From an uncultured Verrucomicrobiae bacterium (GTDB lineage Bacteria; Verrucomicrobiota; Verrucomicrobiia; Chthoniobacterales; UBA10450): a DNA stretch of 64,000 bases. Location of the stretch: contig CAWDGJ010000003.1 of NCBI GenBank assembly GCA_963801815.1, positions 32,001 through 96,000 of the forward strand, given 5' to 3'. Below, piece after piece: positions 37,996 to 48,239 of this stretch. Both the position numbers and the translations under genes were made by a program. A model generated the notes under the pieces. The model saw only the letters and a list, made by a program, of their open reading frames with translations, did not search any database and was not told the DNA's origin. The first letter of the stretch is position 1; each line of letters begins with the position of its first letter.

Positions 37996-39332
37996 TGTCG
38001 TTGCTCGGGATGCGGCGCCTGGTAAATGCAGCGCCCGCGGACGTAGGTTGCGAGATTTGCCTGTGGTCCGCCGCGATAAATGCACAGCGAGACAACGTCT
38101 TCGGCGGAGAGCCTGGCCAGGCCGTTGTGGTTTGGGTAAGGCAGAAGACCCGCGAGGTCGACAACGATCAGGTCCGCTTCCTTTCCGGCCTCAAGCGTCC
38201 CAATGGCTTTCGCTTTGCCGAGCGCACGAGCGCCGCCGTGGGTGGCCAGATAGAACGCTTCACTTGGACGAAGCGGCCGCAGGTTGGGTTCGTAAGCAGT
38301 CCGTGCTTTTTGCACTTCAATCGCCGCGCGCATCACCTGCCACATATTCAATTCCGGCCCGCCGGCGACGTCCGATCCGAGTCCGACATTGATTCCGGCT
38401 TTCAAAAGCTGGTCGAGTTTCATCAGGCCACTGCCAAGAAAGAGATTCGAGCTCGGGCAGTGGGCCACACTGGATTGCGCCGCCGCGATGGCGGCGATCT
38501 CGCGCGGATTCAAGTGAATGCAATGGCCGAGCACGGTGCGTGGAGTCAGAAGGCCGCATTTTTCGTAGACGTGGGTGTAATCGCGCGCGCTCATGTGAAG
38601 GTGGTGCACCTTTTCCAGTTCTTCGCGATTTTCCGCCAAATGCGTTTGGAGATAGGCGCCGAGCCGCGCCGCCAGTTCCGCCGCGCCACGCATGAGCTTG
38701 TCCGAACAGGTGACCGCAAATCGCGGGCTGAAAGCGTATTCCAGCCGACCCTCCGCAGCGCGATGCCACTTGCGGCAGAGCCGTTCGCTTTCGAGAAGAG
38801 AAATAGAAAGCACCTTTTTTGGCTGAATCTGTCCGTAGGAGCCGAGATCCATCATCATTTTGCCAAGAATGGTGCGCACTCCGCTTTGAAGCGCCGCTTC
38901 GAAACCGATGTCGCAGCTGTCTTCGTATATCGCCGCGTATGCCATCACCGTGGTTGTGCCGTTTCGCGCCAGCTCACGGAAAAATAGCGGCGCTTCCGCG
39001 CGCGCCTTTGGCCCGGTGAAATCGCGTTCGACTGGGAAAATGTGTTGTCGCAGCCAGGGCAGCAGTTCGCTCTCCCCTCGGGCAACAACTGAGTACTGAG
39101 GCAAATGAGTGTGGCAATCGATCAGCCCTGGGAAGATCGCCGCCGGTCTTCGATCGATCCACGGAATTGAGTTTGGCGGCTGCAGCCGGCGGACATCGTC
39201 ATAATCTCCGACTTGCAAGATTCGGCCGTTTTCGACAAGGACGGCGCCATTCGGCCGTCCCCGCAAGGTCCCGAACTCCGGCGTATCGATCAGAAATCCG
39301 CGGAGGCCGAATCGGCTAGTGTTGCTCTGCAT
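37992..39332 (-). CDS. guaD: Guanine deaminase (amidohydrolase)
   Basis: PGLIDCHTHLPQY, SPRFAVTCS, QTHLAEN, HCPSSNLFLGSG, GSDVAGG. Confidence 0.85.
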   Translation of the reverse strand: MQSNTSRFGLRGFLIDTPEFGTLRGRPNGAVLVENGRILQVGDYDDVRRLQPPNSIPWIDRRPAAIFPGLIDCHTHLPQYSVVARGESELLPWLRQHIFPVERDFTGPKARAEAPLFFRELARNGTTTVMAYAAIYEDSCDIGFEAALQSGVRTILGKMMMDLGSYGQIQPKKVLSISLLESERLCRKWHRAAEGRLEYAFSPRFAVTCSDKLMRGAAELAARLGAYLQTHLAENREELEKVHHLHMSARDYTHVYEKCGLLTPRTVLGHCIHLNPREIAAIAAAQSSVAHCPSSNLFLGSGLMKLDQLLKAGINVGLGSDVAGGPELNMWQVMRAAIEVQKARTAYEPNLRPLRPSEAFYLATHGGARALGKAKAIGTLEAGKEADLIVVDLAGLLPYPNHNGLARLSAEDVVSLCIYRGGPQANLATYVRGRCIYQAPHPEQRQ

Positions 39333-39402
39333 AACCGCGGCCGCTATGAAAGCATTTCAGCTGGCTAAGCCGCAACATCGCAATTGGAGAGGGGCCTTGA
39401 AG

Positions 39403-39483
39403 AAAAAAAAGATTCGGGCAGCGCACGCCAAGGAGAAACAGCAAATACGAGAAACGTGCAACCGCCCGAATCGCCTTAACCTG
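39403..39483 (-). ncRNA. Candidate ~80-nt sRNA or long terminator hairpin with a CU-rich (anti-SD) loop and U8 tail
   Basis: Minus strand: GATTCGGGCGGTTGCACG-[TTTCTCGTATTTGCTGTTTCTCCTTGG]-CGTGCGCTGCCCGAATC-T8. Confidence 0.45.
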
Positions 39484-39488
39484 TTTAA

Positions 39489-39515
39489 TTGGACAGCGGG
39501 CGTTGTCTGGCGTTC
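39489..39515 (-). promoter_or_regulatory. ECF-sigma-like promoter GAAC-N17-GTCCAA
   Basis: Minus strand GAACGCCAGACAACGCCCGCTGTCCAA; same layout as 53349-53375. Confidence 0.45.
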
Positions 39516-39566
39516 GAATTTTTTACGATTTTTTCGGACACGCGAAAAGTCCAGTGCATCAACAGC

Positions 39567-40487
39567 TTATAGCTTGAGTTCCGCCTGGGTCGAGATCGCG
39601 ACCTTGGCAGCTTCGGCCTTGACCTCTTCCAGCAGCGACTTGAATTCGCATTTTTCGAGTTCTTTAATCAACGCCGGGTAGTCGGGCTGGATTGTGAGGT
39701 CGTCGATCGGCAGCGGCAGTTCCATGTGGCAATCGAGGGCGACCATTGCGCGGTTTTGCAGAATCTGCTCCCGCGCGGCGGTGAGTTTGAGTCGCATTTT
39801 GTCACTTTTGACTTTGTCGACGTTCGCCAGCAGTTGGTCGAGCCCCCCGAAATCTCGAATCAGGGCGCTCCCCGTCTTGCGCCCGAGACCGGCCACTCCG
39901 GGAATGTTATCGACCGAATCGCCGGTCAACGCGAGGACGTCGCCAATCAAGTTCGGTGGCACCTCCCATTTCGCGGTCGCTTCTTTTTCGCCGAGCAACG
40001 CGAAGGCGTCCTTTGGCGAGGGGAGGTCGGCCTTGGCTGTCGTGTAAACTTTTACACACGGCCCGATCAATTGGTACAGATCCTTGTCGTTGGTTGCGAG
40101 AATCACTTCCATGCCTTTGCGTTTGCAGGCAGTCATCGCGTAACAGCCCATCAAATCGTCCGCCTCGGTGTTTGGCAGCGAGATATTTTTGAACCCGAGA
40201 AGCGATGTCAATCTGCTTTGAATGAAGTCGAGTTGCGGCACCATGGGCAACGGCATTTCCTTGCGCGTTTCCTTGTAGGCCGGCTGTAATTTCACCCGCC
40301 GCTCCGGCATTCCCTCGTCCCAAAACACGGCGCCCAGATCGGGCTGCAGATGCTTGATCATCAACCGCAGCGTTTTGGTGAAGCCGAAAATCGCATTCGT
40401 TGGTTCGCCGCGCGAGTTGGACAGGTTCGGGATCGCGAAGAACGACCGGTAAACGTAGTAATGTCCGTCTATTAAGAGAAGTTTCAT
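39567..40487 (-). CDS. Standalone 5'-3' exonuclease / flap endonuclease (PolA N-terminal domain family)
   Basis: LLLIDG..YVYRSFF, YKETR, EADD, DKDLYQL, GDSVDNIPGVAGLGRKT; no polymerase domain. Confidence 0.9.
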   Translation of the reverse strand: MKLLLIDGHYYVYRSFFAIPNLSNSRGEPTNAIFGFTKTLRLMIKHLQPDLGAVFWDEGMPERRVKLQPAYKETRKEMPLPMVPQLDFIQSRLTSLLGFKNISLPNTEADDLMGCYAMTACKRKGMEVILATNDKDLYQLIGPCVKVYTTAKADLPSPKDAFALLGEKEATAKWEVPPNLIGDVLALTGDSVDNIPGVAGLGRKTGSALIRDFGGLDQLLANVDKVKSDKMRLKLTAAREQILQNRAMVALDCHMELPLPIDDLTIQPDYPALIKELEKCEFKSLLEEVKAEAAKVAISTQAELKL

Positions 40488-40596
40488 TGACTAGACAGGA
40501 TTCACTCGATTCCGAGGATTTCAAAATTCAGAAAGTGTAGCTTGTTCCAACAAATCTCTCTGTTAATCCCTCAAATCCTGTCAAATTATCACGCTG

Positions 40597-41739
40597 ATGG
40601 CCGAGCAATGGATCATTCGAGTTCAGGGAAAGGATTACGGCCCGGCCGATCTCGAGACATTGCACGAATGGAAAGCTGACGGCCGGGTGCTGCCGGTAAA
40701 TCCCGCACGCCGAAGTGACGTCGAGGTTTGGCAAACTGCGGCGGAAATTCCCGGTTTGTTCCAGGTCGAACGGCCTCCCGTGCAGCGAGCCATAGCGGCG
40801 GCCGTGTCGCGTGCCGAAATCGGAGGTTCAAATGCGGCCGACACGGCCGCCGCTACAACATCAAAGCCGCCGACTCAAAACATTTTGACCGAAACATTTC
40901 GGATTTATTTCCGGGGCTTCTTCCAATTCTTCGGCCTGTCGCTTCTTAGCATTGTGCCAATCGTTTGCGCGGAACTGACAAGCCGTTTCATCGACACGGC
41001 ACCCGGGGTGGACGTCGATCTTCGGACTCTTGTCGCCGGCGCGTTTGGATTTTGTATGATCGTGCTGCGTCTCGTTCTGCTGCCGGTTTACATCGCTGGG
41101 ATTCAAATCCTCAGCGCCGAGCTCGCGACTGGAAATCGAATCAGTTTTCTCAGCGTCCTCAATAGCGCGGTTAAATATTGGCCGCGCGTCGCCGGCCTTT
41201 GCATTTTAGTTTATGTTATTTTCGGATTGTTAGTTTTGCTCGGTTTGGTGTTGCTTTTACCGGCGGCAACCTTGAATACCGTCTTGTCGGCCGTGATCGT
41301 GCTAGGCCTGCTCGTAATCCAAGTCTGGTTGTTCAGCCGTTTTTTTATCTACGTTCTTTTCTGGCAGCAGTTCGCTGTGCTCGAAAATTTGAACGCCGCC
41401 AATGCGCTGCGCGAAAGCAACAAGCTGGCCCGGAGTGGCCGCGATCTGCCTTGGTATCAACGTCCGATTTGGCGCGGGGCGCTCATTGTTTCAATCTGGT
41501 CCGCGTTTGTGCTGGCCATCACTATCACGCCGCAGTGGGCGATCCTGCGTGATTATTTCCAGGAAATTATGCGCACCCAGGACCCGCAGGCGCTTTACGA
41601 AAAGATGAGCGCCGCCATGCAAACCCACGGCCTTGATTATCAGGCTCTGCTGCTCAACGTCGTCCAACGAATTCTTCAACCACTTCTCGGCATCGCATTT
41701 GTCGTGCTCTATCTCGATTCCAAGCCCGGCGCCGAGTAG
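40597..41739 (+). CDS. GYF_2/DUF4339-like N-terminal domain plus multi-pass membrane protein
   Basis: WIIRVQGKDYGP…L.EW..DGR…W; several TM helices. Confidence 0.75.
   Translation: MAEQWIIRVQGKDYGPADLETLHEWKADGRVLPVNPARRSDVEVWQTAAEIPGLFQVERPPVQRAIAAAVSRAEIGGSNAADTAAATTSKPPTQNILTETFRIYFRGFFQFFGLSLLSIVPIVCAELTSRFIDTAPGVDVDLRTLVAGAFGFCMIVLRLVLLPVYIAGIQILSAELATGNRISFLSVLNSAVKYWPRVAGLCILVYVIFGLLVLLGLVLLLPAATLNTVLSAVIVLGLLVIQVWLFSRFFIYVLFWQQFAVLENLNAANALRESNKLARSGRDLPWYQRPIWRGALIVSIWSAFVLAITITPQWAILRDYFQEIMRTQDPQALYEKMSAAMQTHGLDYQALLLNVVQRILQPLLGIAFVVLYLDSKPGAE
40793..40855. repeat. In-frame REP-like doublet (17-bp perfect inverted repeat) in the linker of the GYF-domain gene
   Basis: TAGCGGCGGCCGTGTCG … CGACACGGCCGCCGCTA. 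Confidence 0.75.
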
Positions 41740-41825
41740 GTTTTCTACGAATCAAACTTGGCTAAGCGAACTTTCGCGCTAAAAATCAAGCGCTGGCGCT
41801 GCCTTAATCGAATCAGCATCGCGTT

Positions 41826-44048
41826 ATGACTGTAAAAACCTGGCTCGGTAAACCGCATCCGCTCGGTGCGACCTGGCTCGGCAACGGTGTGAACTTTGCA
41901 ATTTTCGCGGAGCACGCGACGAGCGTCGAACTTTGTTTGTTCGACAATCTCGACGCCCCCAAAGAGAAAGTCCGCATTCCGTTGCGCGAACGAACCGAAT
42001 ACGTCTGGCACGCCTTTCTGCCGGACGCGCGGCCCGGACAACTTTACGGTTACCGCGTTTACGGTCCCTACGATCCGGCGCACGGTTTGCGCTTCAACGA
42101 ATCCAAGCTGTTGCTCGATCCCTACGCGAAATCGATCGCCGGCCAGATCAAATGGTCTGACGAAATGTTCAGCTACGTTGTTGGCGATGCCAACGAGGAT
42201 CTCGCGCGCGATTCGCGGGACAATGCGTGGGCCATGCCGAAATCGGTCGTGGTCGATCCCGGATTTGATTGGGGGAACGACAAGAAACCGGAGACGCCGT
42301 TTTCGGAAACGGTGATTTACGAAATGCACGTCAAGGGATTCACAAAATTGCGCGCGGATATTCCCGAAAATTTGCGCGGAACGTACGCCGGACTCGCGAG
42401 CCGTGAAGCCATTGAGTATCTGAAAAATCTCGGCGTCACCGCGGTTGAACTCTTGCCGATTCACACTCATCTGGACGACAAGGCGCTGCTCGATCGCGGG
42501 CTGACCAATTACTGGGGCTACAACTCAATTGGATTCTTCGCGCCACAAGCCGAATACTCGAGCAATCGCGAGCCTGGCAGGGAAGTGATCGAATTCAAAG
42601 GGATGGTGCGGAATCTTCACGCCGCTGGCATCGAAGTGATTCTCGATGTCGTTTATAATCACACCGGCGAAGGAAATCATCTCGGTCCGACGGTTTGTTT
42701 TCGCGGCATCGATAATCCGATTTACTACCGGCTGCTCGCTGACAATCCGCGCTTCTATTTAGATTACACCGGAACTGGGAACACGGTTGACACGCTTTGG
42801 CCGCCGACGTTGCAGCTGGTCATGGACAGTTTGCGCTATTGGGTCACCGAAATGCATGTGGACGGTTTTCGGTTCGACCTGGCGACGGCGCTCGCTCGTG
42901 ACGGCACCGGTTTCAACAAGTTCCAGGCATTCTTCAAAGTGGTTCAACAGGACCCTGTCCTGTCGCAAGTGAAATTAATCGCCGAACCATGGGATGTGGG
43001 CGAGGGCGGTTACCAAGTCGGAAACTTTCCGCTGCCGTGGTCGGAATGGAACGGAAAATTTCGCGACGCATTCCGCAGTTTTTGGAAAGGGGACGAAGGT
43101 AAGATCGGCGAGGTGGCGTATCGATTGAGCGGCAGCCCCGACCTGTATCAGGACGACGGCCGCTTGCCGAGCGCGAGCGTGAATATCATCACCACGCACG
43201 ACGGTTTCACGCTCAACGATCTCGCCAGTTACAACGACAAGCACAACGAAGCTAACGGCGAGGAAAACAAGGACGGCGACAACAACAATCAATCGTGGAA
43301 CTCCGGGGCCGAAGGTCCGACAGACGATCCCAAGATCAACGCGCTTCGGCGGAGACAATGCCGGAATTTTTTGACCACGCTTTTTCTATCACAAGGGGTA
43401 CCGATGCTTTTGGGCGGCGACGAATTCGGCCGGACCCAAAACGGAAACAACAACGCCTATTGCCAGGACAATGAGATCAGCTGGTTCAACTGGCATCACG
43501 ATAGAGACCAGAAACGTTTGTTTGAGTTCACACGCAGACTGATTCAGCTGCGGCGGCAACATCCCGTCTTTCGACGACGAAAATTCTTGCAGGGCAAACC
43601 TCTTCCGGGCGGCGAGATCCGCGACGTGATGTGGCTCAATCCGGGCGGCACTGAGATGACGTTAGAAGAGTGGCAATCGCCCTTTGTTCGTTGTCTCGGA
43701 ATGCTCCTGAGCGGGGACGCGGATGACTTGAGCGACGAGCGAGGCGAGCCGGTGCGCGACGACACTTTTTTTCTTCTGGTCAACGCGCATTACGAGTCGA
43801 TTCCATTTCTTCTTCCTGGCGAAGAGAATCTCGAATGGGCGCAGATTCTCGACACCACGGACGAAGACGGTTTTCTCAAGACGCTGAGAAAATTTCCTTC
43901 CGGTGATGATGTCGATCTTGGCGCGCGGTCGGCGTCTTTGTTCATCCTGACTCAGGGCGAACAATCGCGCGCACGGACAGAATCGTGGAGGAAACGCTTG
44001 TTCAAGTTTGCCGAGATCAGCGCGGAAGAGGAGCGCACACATTCCTGA
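41826..44048 (+). CDS. glgX: Glycogen debranching enzyme (GH13 isoamylase)
   Basis: PLGATW, IYEMHVKGFT, NYWGYN, DVVYNHT, DGFRFDLA, IAEPWD, HDGFTL. Confidence 0.96.
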   Translation: MTVKTWLGKPHPLGATWLGNGVNFAIFAEHATSVELCLFDNLDAPKEKVRIPLRERTEYVWHAFLPDARPGQLYGYRVYGPYDPAHGLRFNESKLLLDPYAKSIAGQIKWSDEMFSYVVGDANEDLARDSRDNAWAMPKSVVVDPGFDWGNDKKPETPFSETVIYEMHVKGFTKLRADIPENLRGTYAGLASREAIEYLKNLGVTAVELLPIHTHLDDKALLDRGLTNYWGYNSIGFFAPQAEYSSNREPGREVIEFKGMVRNLHAAGIEVILDVVYNHTGEGNHLGPTVCFRGIDNPIYYRLLADNPRFYLDYTGTGNTVDTLWPPTLQLVMDSLRYWVTEMHVDGFRFDLATALARDGTGFNKFQAFFKVVQQDPVLSQVKLIAEPWDVGEGGYQVGNFPLPWSEWNGKFRDAFRSFWKGDEGKIGEVAYRLSGSPDLYQDDGRLPSASVNIITTHDGFTLNDLASYNDKHNEANGEENKDGDNNNQSWNSGAEGPTDDPKINALRRRQCRNFLTTLFLSQGVPMLLGGDEFGRTQNGNNNAYCQDNEISWFNWHHDRDQKRLFEFTRRLIQLRRQHPVFRRRKFLQGKPLPGGEIRDVMWLNPGGTEMTLEEWQSPFVRCLGMLLSGDADDLSDERGEPVRDDTFFLLVNAHYESIPFLLPGEENLEWAQILDTTDEDGFLKTLRKFPSGDDVDLGARSASLFILTQGEQSRARTESWRKRLFKFAEISAEEERTHS

Positions 44049-44141
44049 GAATTCTTGGGACGCGATCTTGTGTTCGAAGGCGATTCTATTATAGAGAAGT
44101 TGAATGAGCGCTCGTCCAACGCGCTACCCCCGTAGCAAGTT

Positions 44142-44606
44142 ATGATTCCGGCTTCAATCGTCATCACAGCAGACCGCGGCAGCCTGAAAGCTTACCAGGT
44201 CAACGAAACTCCGACCCGCGGTCCGAGTTTGAAATTAATCCAGGCTTTCGACATGACCGACGCGCACGGCCGGCTCATCGACAAGGTCACGGATTTCGCG
44301 GGCCGTTTCCCGGTCACCGAAATGGCCGGCCCGCATCACGGAGCGGCATCGATCGCCCAGAGCAAGCTGCAGACGGAGACGGAGCGGCGTATTAATAAGG
44401 AATTGGCCGACCAGATCACGAAAATCATCAACGGCAATGGGAGGGAAGGTTGGGCGTTTGCCGCCGCACCGGAAATTCATTCTGCGATTGTCAGTCTTTT
44501 GCCCGATGGCGTGCGTAACCGGATTGTCGAACATGTGAAATCGGATCTGGTGAAAGTCGAAACAGCGAAGTTGCTGAATCATTTTCGTTCCCTTCGTCCG
44601 ATTTAA
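44142..44606 (+). CDS. Host-attachment / bacterial archaeo-eukaryotic RF1-like family protein
   Basis: IVITADRG…, D.AGRFP, E.ERR..KELA, AAAPEI, V..DLVK pattern. Confidence 0.6.
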   Translation: MIPASIVITADRGSLKAYQVNETPTRGPSLKLIQAFDMTDAHGRLIDKVTDFAGRFPVTEMAGPHHGAASIAQSKLQTETERRINKELADQITKIINGNGREGWAFAAAPEIHSAIVSLLPDGVRNRIVEHVKSDLVKVETAKLLNHFRSLRPI

Positions 44607-44703
44607 GCTGACATTCCGAATGAAATGAGGAATCTCTGCTTGGAATGACGCGTTTGTTTTTCGTTCGCGCAAAATGAACAAGGAGATTTAACTTGGTATC
44701 AAT

Positions 44704-45036
44704 ATGCAACTGCCCGTCAACATTACCTACCGCGGCCTCGAAAAATCGGAAACGCTCGACGATCTCGTGATGAGTTACGCGGCGCGGCTCGACAAATTTT
44801 GTGATCACATCAACCGGTGCGACGTCGCCATCGAGCAGAAGAACCACACCCATCACAAGGGGAATCCCTATCGTTGTCGCATCGACGTGACGGTACGGCC
44901 GCGGCACGAGCTGGTGGCTGACGAAGAGCAAAAAGACAACGGCTCACACGAACCGCTCCACAAAGTCATTCACGACGCGTTCAAAACGATGGAGCGGCAG
45001 TTGCGCCATCTCGTCGAGAAACAGCGGCGCGAGTAG
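44704..45036 (+). CDS. HPF/RaiA-family ribosome-associated protein
   Basis: MQLPVNITYRGLEKS…LDKFCDHINRCDVAIE…YRCRIDVTV…IHDAFKTMERQL. Confidence 0.85.
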   Translation: MQLPVNITYRGLEKSETLDDLVMSYAARLDKFCDHINRCDVAIEQKNHTHHKGNPYRCRIDVTVRPRHELVADEEQKDNGSHEPLHKVIHDAFKTMERQLRHLVEKQRRE

Positions 45037-45079
45037 AATCACGCAGCTGTTGACCTGGATTATTCTCTCGAGTTTCGCG

Positions 45080-45802
45080 CTACGGCGCGAGGCGATCACA
45101 CAAAGTGTCGGTGTGGAACGACATCAGGTCGCGCAGTTTGAACCAGCCGCCTTGTTGGTTCTTTCCCATTTGCGCGATGCTTGCGGTATTGTCTTTGCCG
45201 TAATCAGCCCAGGAATTCCACCGCTGCACAGTGAGAAAGGTCCAGGCTGCGCCTTCCAGGTGCTGCAAAGTAACGCGCCCCACGTAAGAGTCGGTCGTGC
45301 GATCGGGTGGTTCGTTCAGGAATTTGTCGAGCGCTTCGCGCTGACCGGCAGCCGGTCGATAGATCGATACCACAAAAGCGGAGGCCTTACTTTTTGCCGC
45401 ATCATCGAGCCCAAGCTGTTTGGCAAATTCCGTCCATGAGGGTCCGGAAGAAAAGGTGTCAGTGTGAGCTGCATACAGGCCCATCAGGCTGCTGGGCGGC
45501 GCAGGACGATTCGCTTCGATCGTCGCCTTCGTTCCGAGGTGCGTGATCACACAATAATCCCAGGAATCGCCGTCCTCGTGACGGAGAACAATAACGTGGT
45601 CCGGCATCGGCGTGTTCGGTGCCGGTTTCTTCAACTCGTCGCCAAGTTCCTTGGCTTTACCGGTCGCGGCATTGGCGAAGTGAACATGATAAAGGTCCGT
45701 CCTACTCGACGCACCGCCCGAACCGGCCGCGGGAGAAGAGGTTTGAGCAAGCGCAAACGGCGCCAGGCCTAGTGCGATCAAGATTTGAATTGTGAATTTC
45801 AT
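45080..45802 (-). CDS. Secreted hypothetical protein with an internal duplication
   Basis: Signal peptide ending ALA; repeated H(E/L)(D/E)G..W…HTDT motifs. Confidence 0.7.
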   Translation of the reverse strand: MKFTIQILIALGLAPFALAQTSSPAAGSGGASSRTDLYHVHFANAATGKAKELGDELKKPAPNTPMPDHVIVLRHEDGDSWDYCVITHLGTKATIEANRPAPPSSLMGLYAAHTDTFSSGPSWTEFAKQLGLDDAAKSKASAFVVSIYRPAAGQREALDKFLNEPPDRTTDSYVGRVTLQHLEGAAWTFLTVQRWNSWADYGKDNTASIAQMGKNQQGGWFKLRDLMSFHTDTLCDRLAP

Positions 45803-46119
45803 AGTGGCTTTCTTTAGAGACGCGTAGGCTGAGGCTCTGCGCCGCGACTGGCAATGAAAAACTGTCGCGGTGCGTCGGTTAGGCTTCGGTGCGTATTCTT
45901 CCGCGTAGGCGATTGGCCTTGAATGCGCGCTTCGGTTTTTCTTAGGGAAGGGGCAATCGCCCGTACCTGTCTTTTCGTCGCTTAATTTTCGTCGCCGAGA
46001 AAATGGAGCGAAACCTTAGTAATCCGAAACGGTAAGAGATTTCTCGACTCGCGCAGAATGACAAATAAGTGCAGCCGAGCGTTCGCGCTGCAATTCGCTC
46101 GACTAACAACCATCAACTC

Positions 46120-48159
46120 CTACGCTGGAGCGCCGGGGGCGTCCGGAAGAGGCGGGACCTCGGGACTGATCACGACCTGGCGTGGCGGTTTTTCTGGAGC
46201 CATCTTTTCGCCGGTGGCGGGTGGCGTTGCTTTCGGCGGATTCAGCATGTGGCCATGATGAACGATGTCTTCAATCTGCGAACCGTCCAGGGTCTCATAC
46301 TCAAGCAGAGCTTTTGCGATCGCTTCGACTGCATCGCGATGGACGCTAATCAAATCTCGGGCTCTCACATAGGCCTCGTCCGAAAGTCTTCGAACTTCAC
46401 GATCGATCTCCTCCGCGGTCGCTTCACTATAATCGCGGGAACGTGAGATCTCGCGGCCGAGGAAAACATAATCTTCGTGCTCGCCGTACTCGACCAAGCC
46501 AAGCCGGTCGCTCATTCCCCATTGGCAAACCATTTTGCGCGCATACCAGGTAACGCCACGGATATCGCCAGACGCGCCGCTGGAAATGTCACCGAGAAAA
46601 AGTTCCTCTGCCACTCGTCCGCCCATGCTGACGCAAAGGTTGTCGAGCAGCTCTTTGCGTTTGGTATTAAATTTATCTTCCGTCGGCAGCATCATGGTTA
46701 TGCCAAGAGCCGGGCCTCGCGGAATAATTGTTACCTTGTGCAAGGGATCGGTGTGCTCGAGCAGGACATTGAGGATGGCATGACCGGCTTCATGGTAGGC
46801 CGTGATTCGCTTTTCTTTCTCGCTGATTGCCAGGCTGCGGCGCTCGCGTCCCCAGCGCACCTTGTCGCGCGCTTCTTCCAATTCAGCGAGGGTTATTCCT
46901 TTTAATCCACGACGCGCGGCGAGCAGCGCCGCTTCGTTAACAACATTCGCGAGCTCGGCACCGGAATAACCAGGCGTTCCCCGCGCGATGACGGCAAGAT
47001 CGACCCCTTCCGCGAGTTTCACTTTCTTGGCATGGACGCGCAAAATTTCTTCGCGACCTTTCACATCGGGCAGGTTGACCGTGATCTGGCGATCGAAACG
47101 GCCCGGTCGGAGTAACGCCGGATCGAGAACGTCCGGCCGGTTTGTCGCGGCTATAATGATGACGCCTTCCTGGGTATCGAAGCCGTCCATCTCAACGAGC
47201 AACGCATTCAACGTCTGCTCGCGCTCATCGTGGCCGCCGCCGACACCGTGACCACGATGACGGCCGACCGCGTCGATTTCGTCGATGAAAATGATGCAGG
47301 GCGCAGATTTTTTGCCTTGCTCGAACATGTCGCGAACCCGGCTGGCGCCAACGCCCACAAACATCTCGACGAAATCGGAACCGCTAATTGAGAAAAACGG
47401 GACGTCCGCTTCGCCGGCGATCGCGCGTGCGAGCAAAGTTTTGCCGGTACCCGGAGGTCCGACCATCAGCACGCCTTTCGGGATTCGTCCGCCAAGTTTT
47501 TGAAATTTCTTCGGGTCGCGCAAAAATTCGACGAGCTCCTGCACTTCGTCTTTAGCTTCCTCGACACCGGCGACGTCCTTGAACGTGATTTTGTTTTTGT
47601 CACGGGCGAGCATGCGCGCCTTCGATTTGCCAAAGTTGAGCGCGCCTTTGCCGGCCATGCGAATTTGCTGGCGGAACAGGAAATAAAGCAGCAGCAGCAA
47701 CAAAAGAACCGGCGCGAAGCTCGCGAAGACCTGGGTCCATGGATGCGATTCGGAACGGATGGCCGGTTGAATTCCTGCGGCGGAAAGCTTGTCCTGCAAA
47801 TTGTTGGTGAAATTCAAATAGACTGTGGTGCGGAACCAGACTTCCTGATTTTGCGCGCCACCGCTGCCTTGTTTGATGTACTTGCCGCGGAGTTGCTGGG
47901 TCGGCTGTCCCTCTTCAACGTACAAGGTGAGCGGCGCGTTCTTGTCGCTCACGATTTGCTTGTTTTCGAGCAGCTCGAGGAAGCGGTTGTAGGGAACATC
48001 CTCGAATTGCTGGTAACCGCCGCGATAGAACAACATCGCGAGTGCGAAAAATCCAAAGGCGACGGCGACGAGGATCACGCCGCGCCAGTTGAAACTGGGC
48101 TCGTTGCCGTTGCCGCGCTGTTTGTTGTCGCGTTGGGAATTACGATCGGTTTGTGGCAT
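46120..48159 (-). CDS. ftsH: ATP-dependent zinc metalloprotease FtsH
   Basis: Two TM helices, [27 protein letters not shown]. Confidence 0.97.
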   Translation of the reverse strand: MPQTDRNSQRDNKQRGNGNEPSFNWRGVILVAVAFGFFALAMLFYRGGYQQFEDVPYNRFLELLENKQIVSDKNAPLTLYVEEGQPTQQLRGKYIKQGSGGAQNQEVWFRTTVYLNFTNNLQDKLSAAGIQPAIRSESHPWTQVFASFAPVLLLLLLLYFLFRQQIRMAGKGALNFGKSKARMLARDKNKITFKDVAGVEEAKDEVQELVEFLRDPKKFQKLGGRIPKGVLMVGPPGTGKTLLARAIAGEADVPFFSISGSDFVEMFVGVGASRVRDMFEQGKKSAPCIIFIDEIDAVGRHRGHGVGGGHDEREQTLNALLVEMDGFDTQEGVIIIAATNRPDVLDPALLRPGRFDRQITVNLPDVKGREEILRVHAKKVKLAEGVDLAVIARGTPGYSGAELANVVNEAALLAARRGLKGITLAELEEARDKVRWGRERRSLAISEKEKRITAYHEAGHAILNVLLEHTDPLHKVTIIPRGPALGITMMLPTEDKFNTKRKELLDNLCVSMGGRVAEELFLGDISSGASGDIRGVTWYARKMVCQWGMSDRLGLVEYGEHEDYVFLGREISRSRDYSEATAEEIDREVRRLSDEAYVRARDLISVHRDAVEAIAKALLEYETLDGSQIEDIVHHGHMLNPPKATPPATGEKMAPEKPPRQVVISPEVPPLPDAPGAPA

Positions 48160-48239
48160 AAGGGGTGCGAATGCTAGCTGAGAAGAACGCTATCATGAAC
48201 GGATATCATTGCAAAAAGCTCCGAGCTCGCCACGGGACG

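Noticed and set aside
39333..39560. Canonical purine riboswitch upstream of guaD
   Set aside because: The conserved purine-riboswitch junction sequences and three-stem layout are not evident; only a single long hairpin with a U-tract is present.
45803..46115. Structured RNA between ftsH and the secreted-protein gene
   Set aside because: Only a short GGCGATTG/CAATCGCC inverted pair and a degenerate repeat remnant; no convincing promoter-terminator unit.
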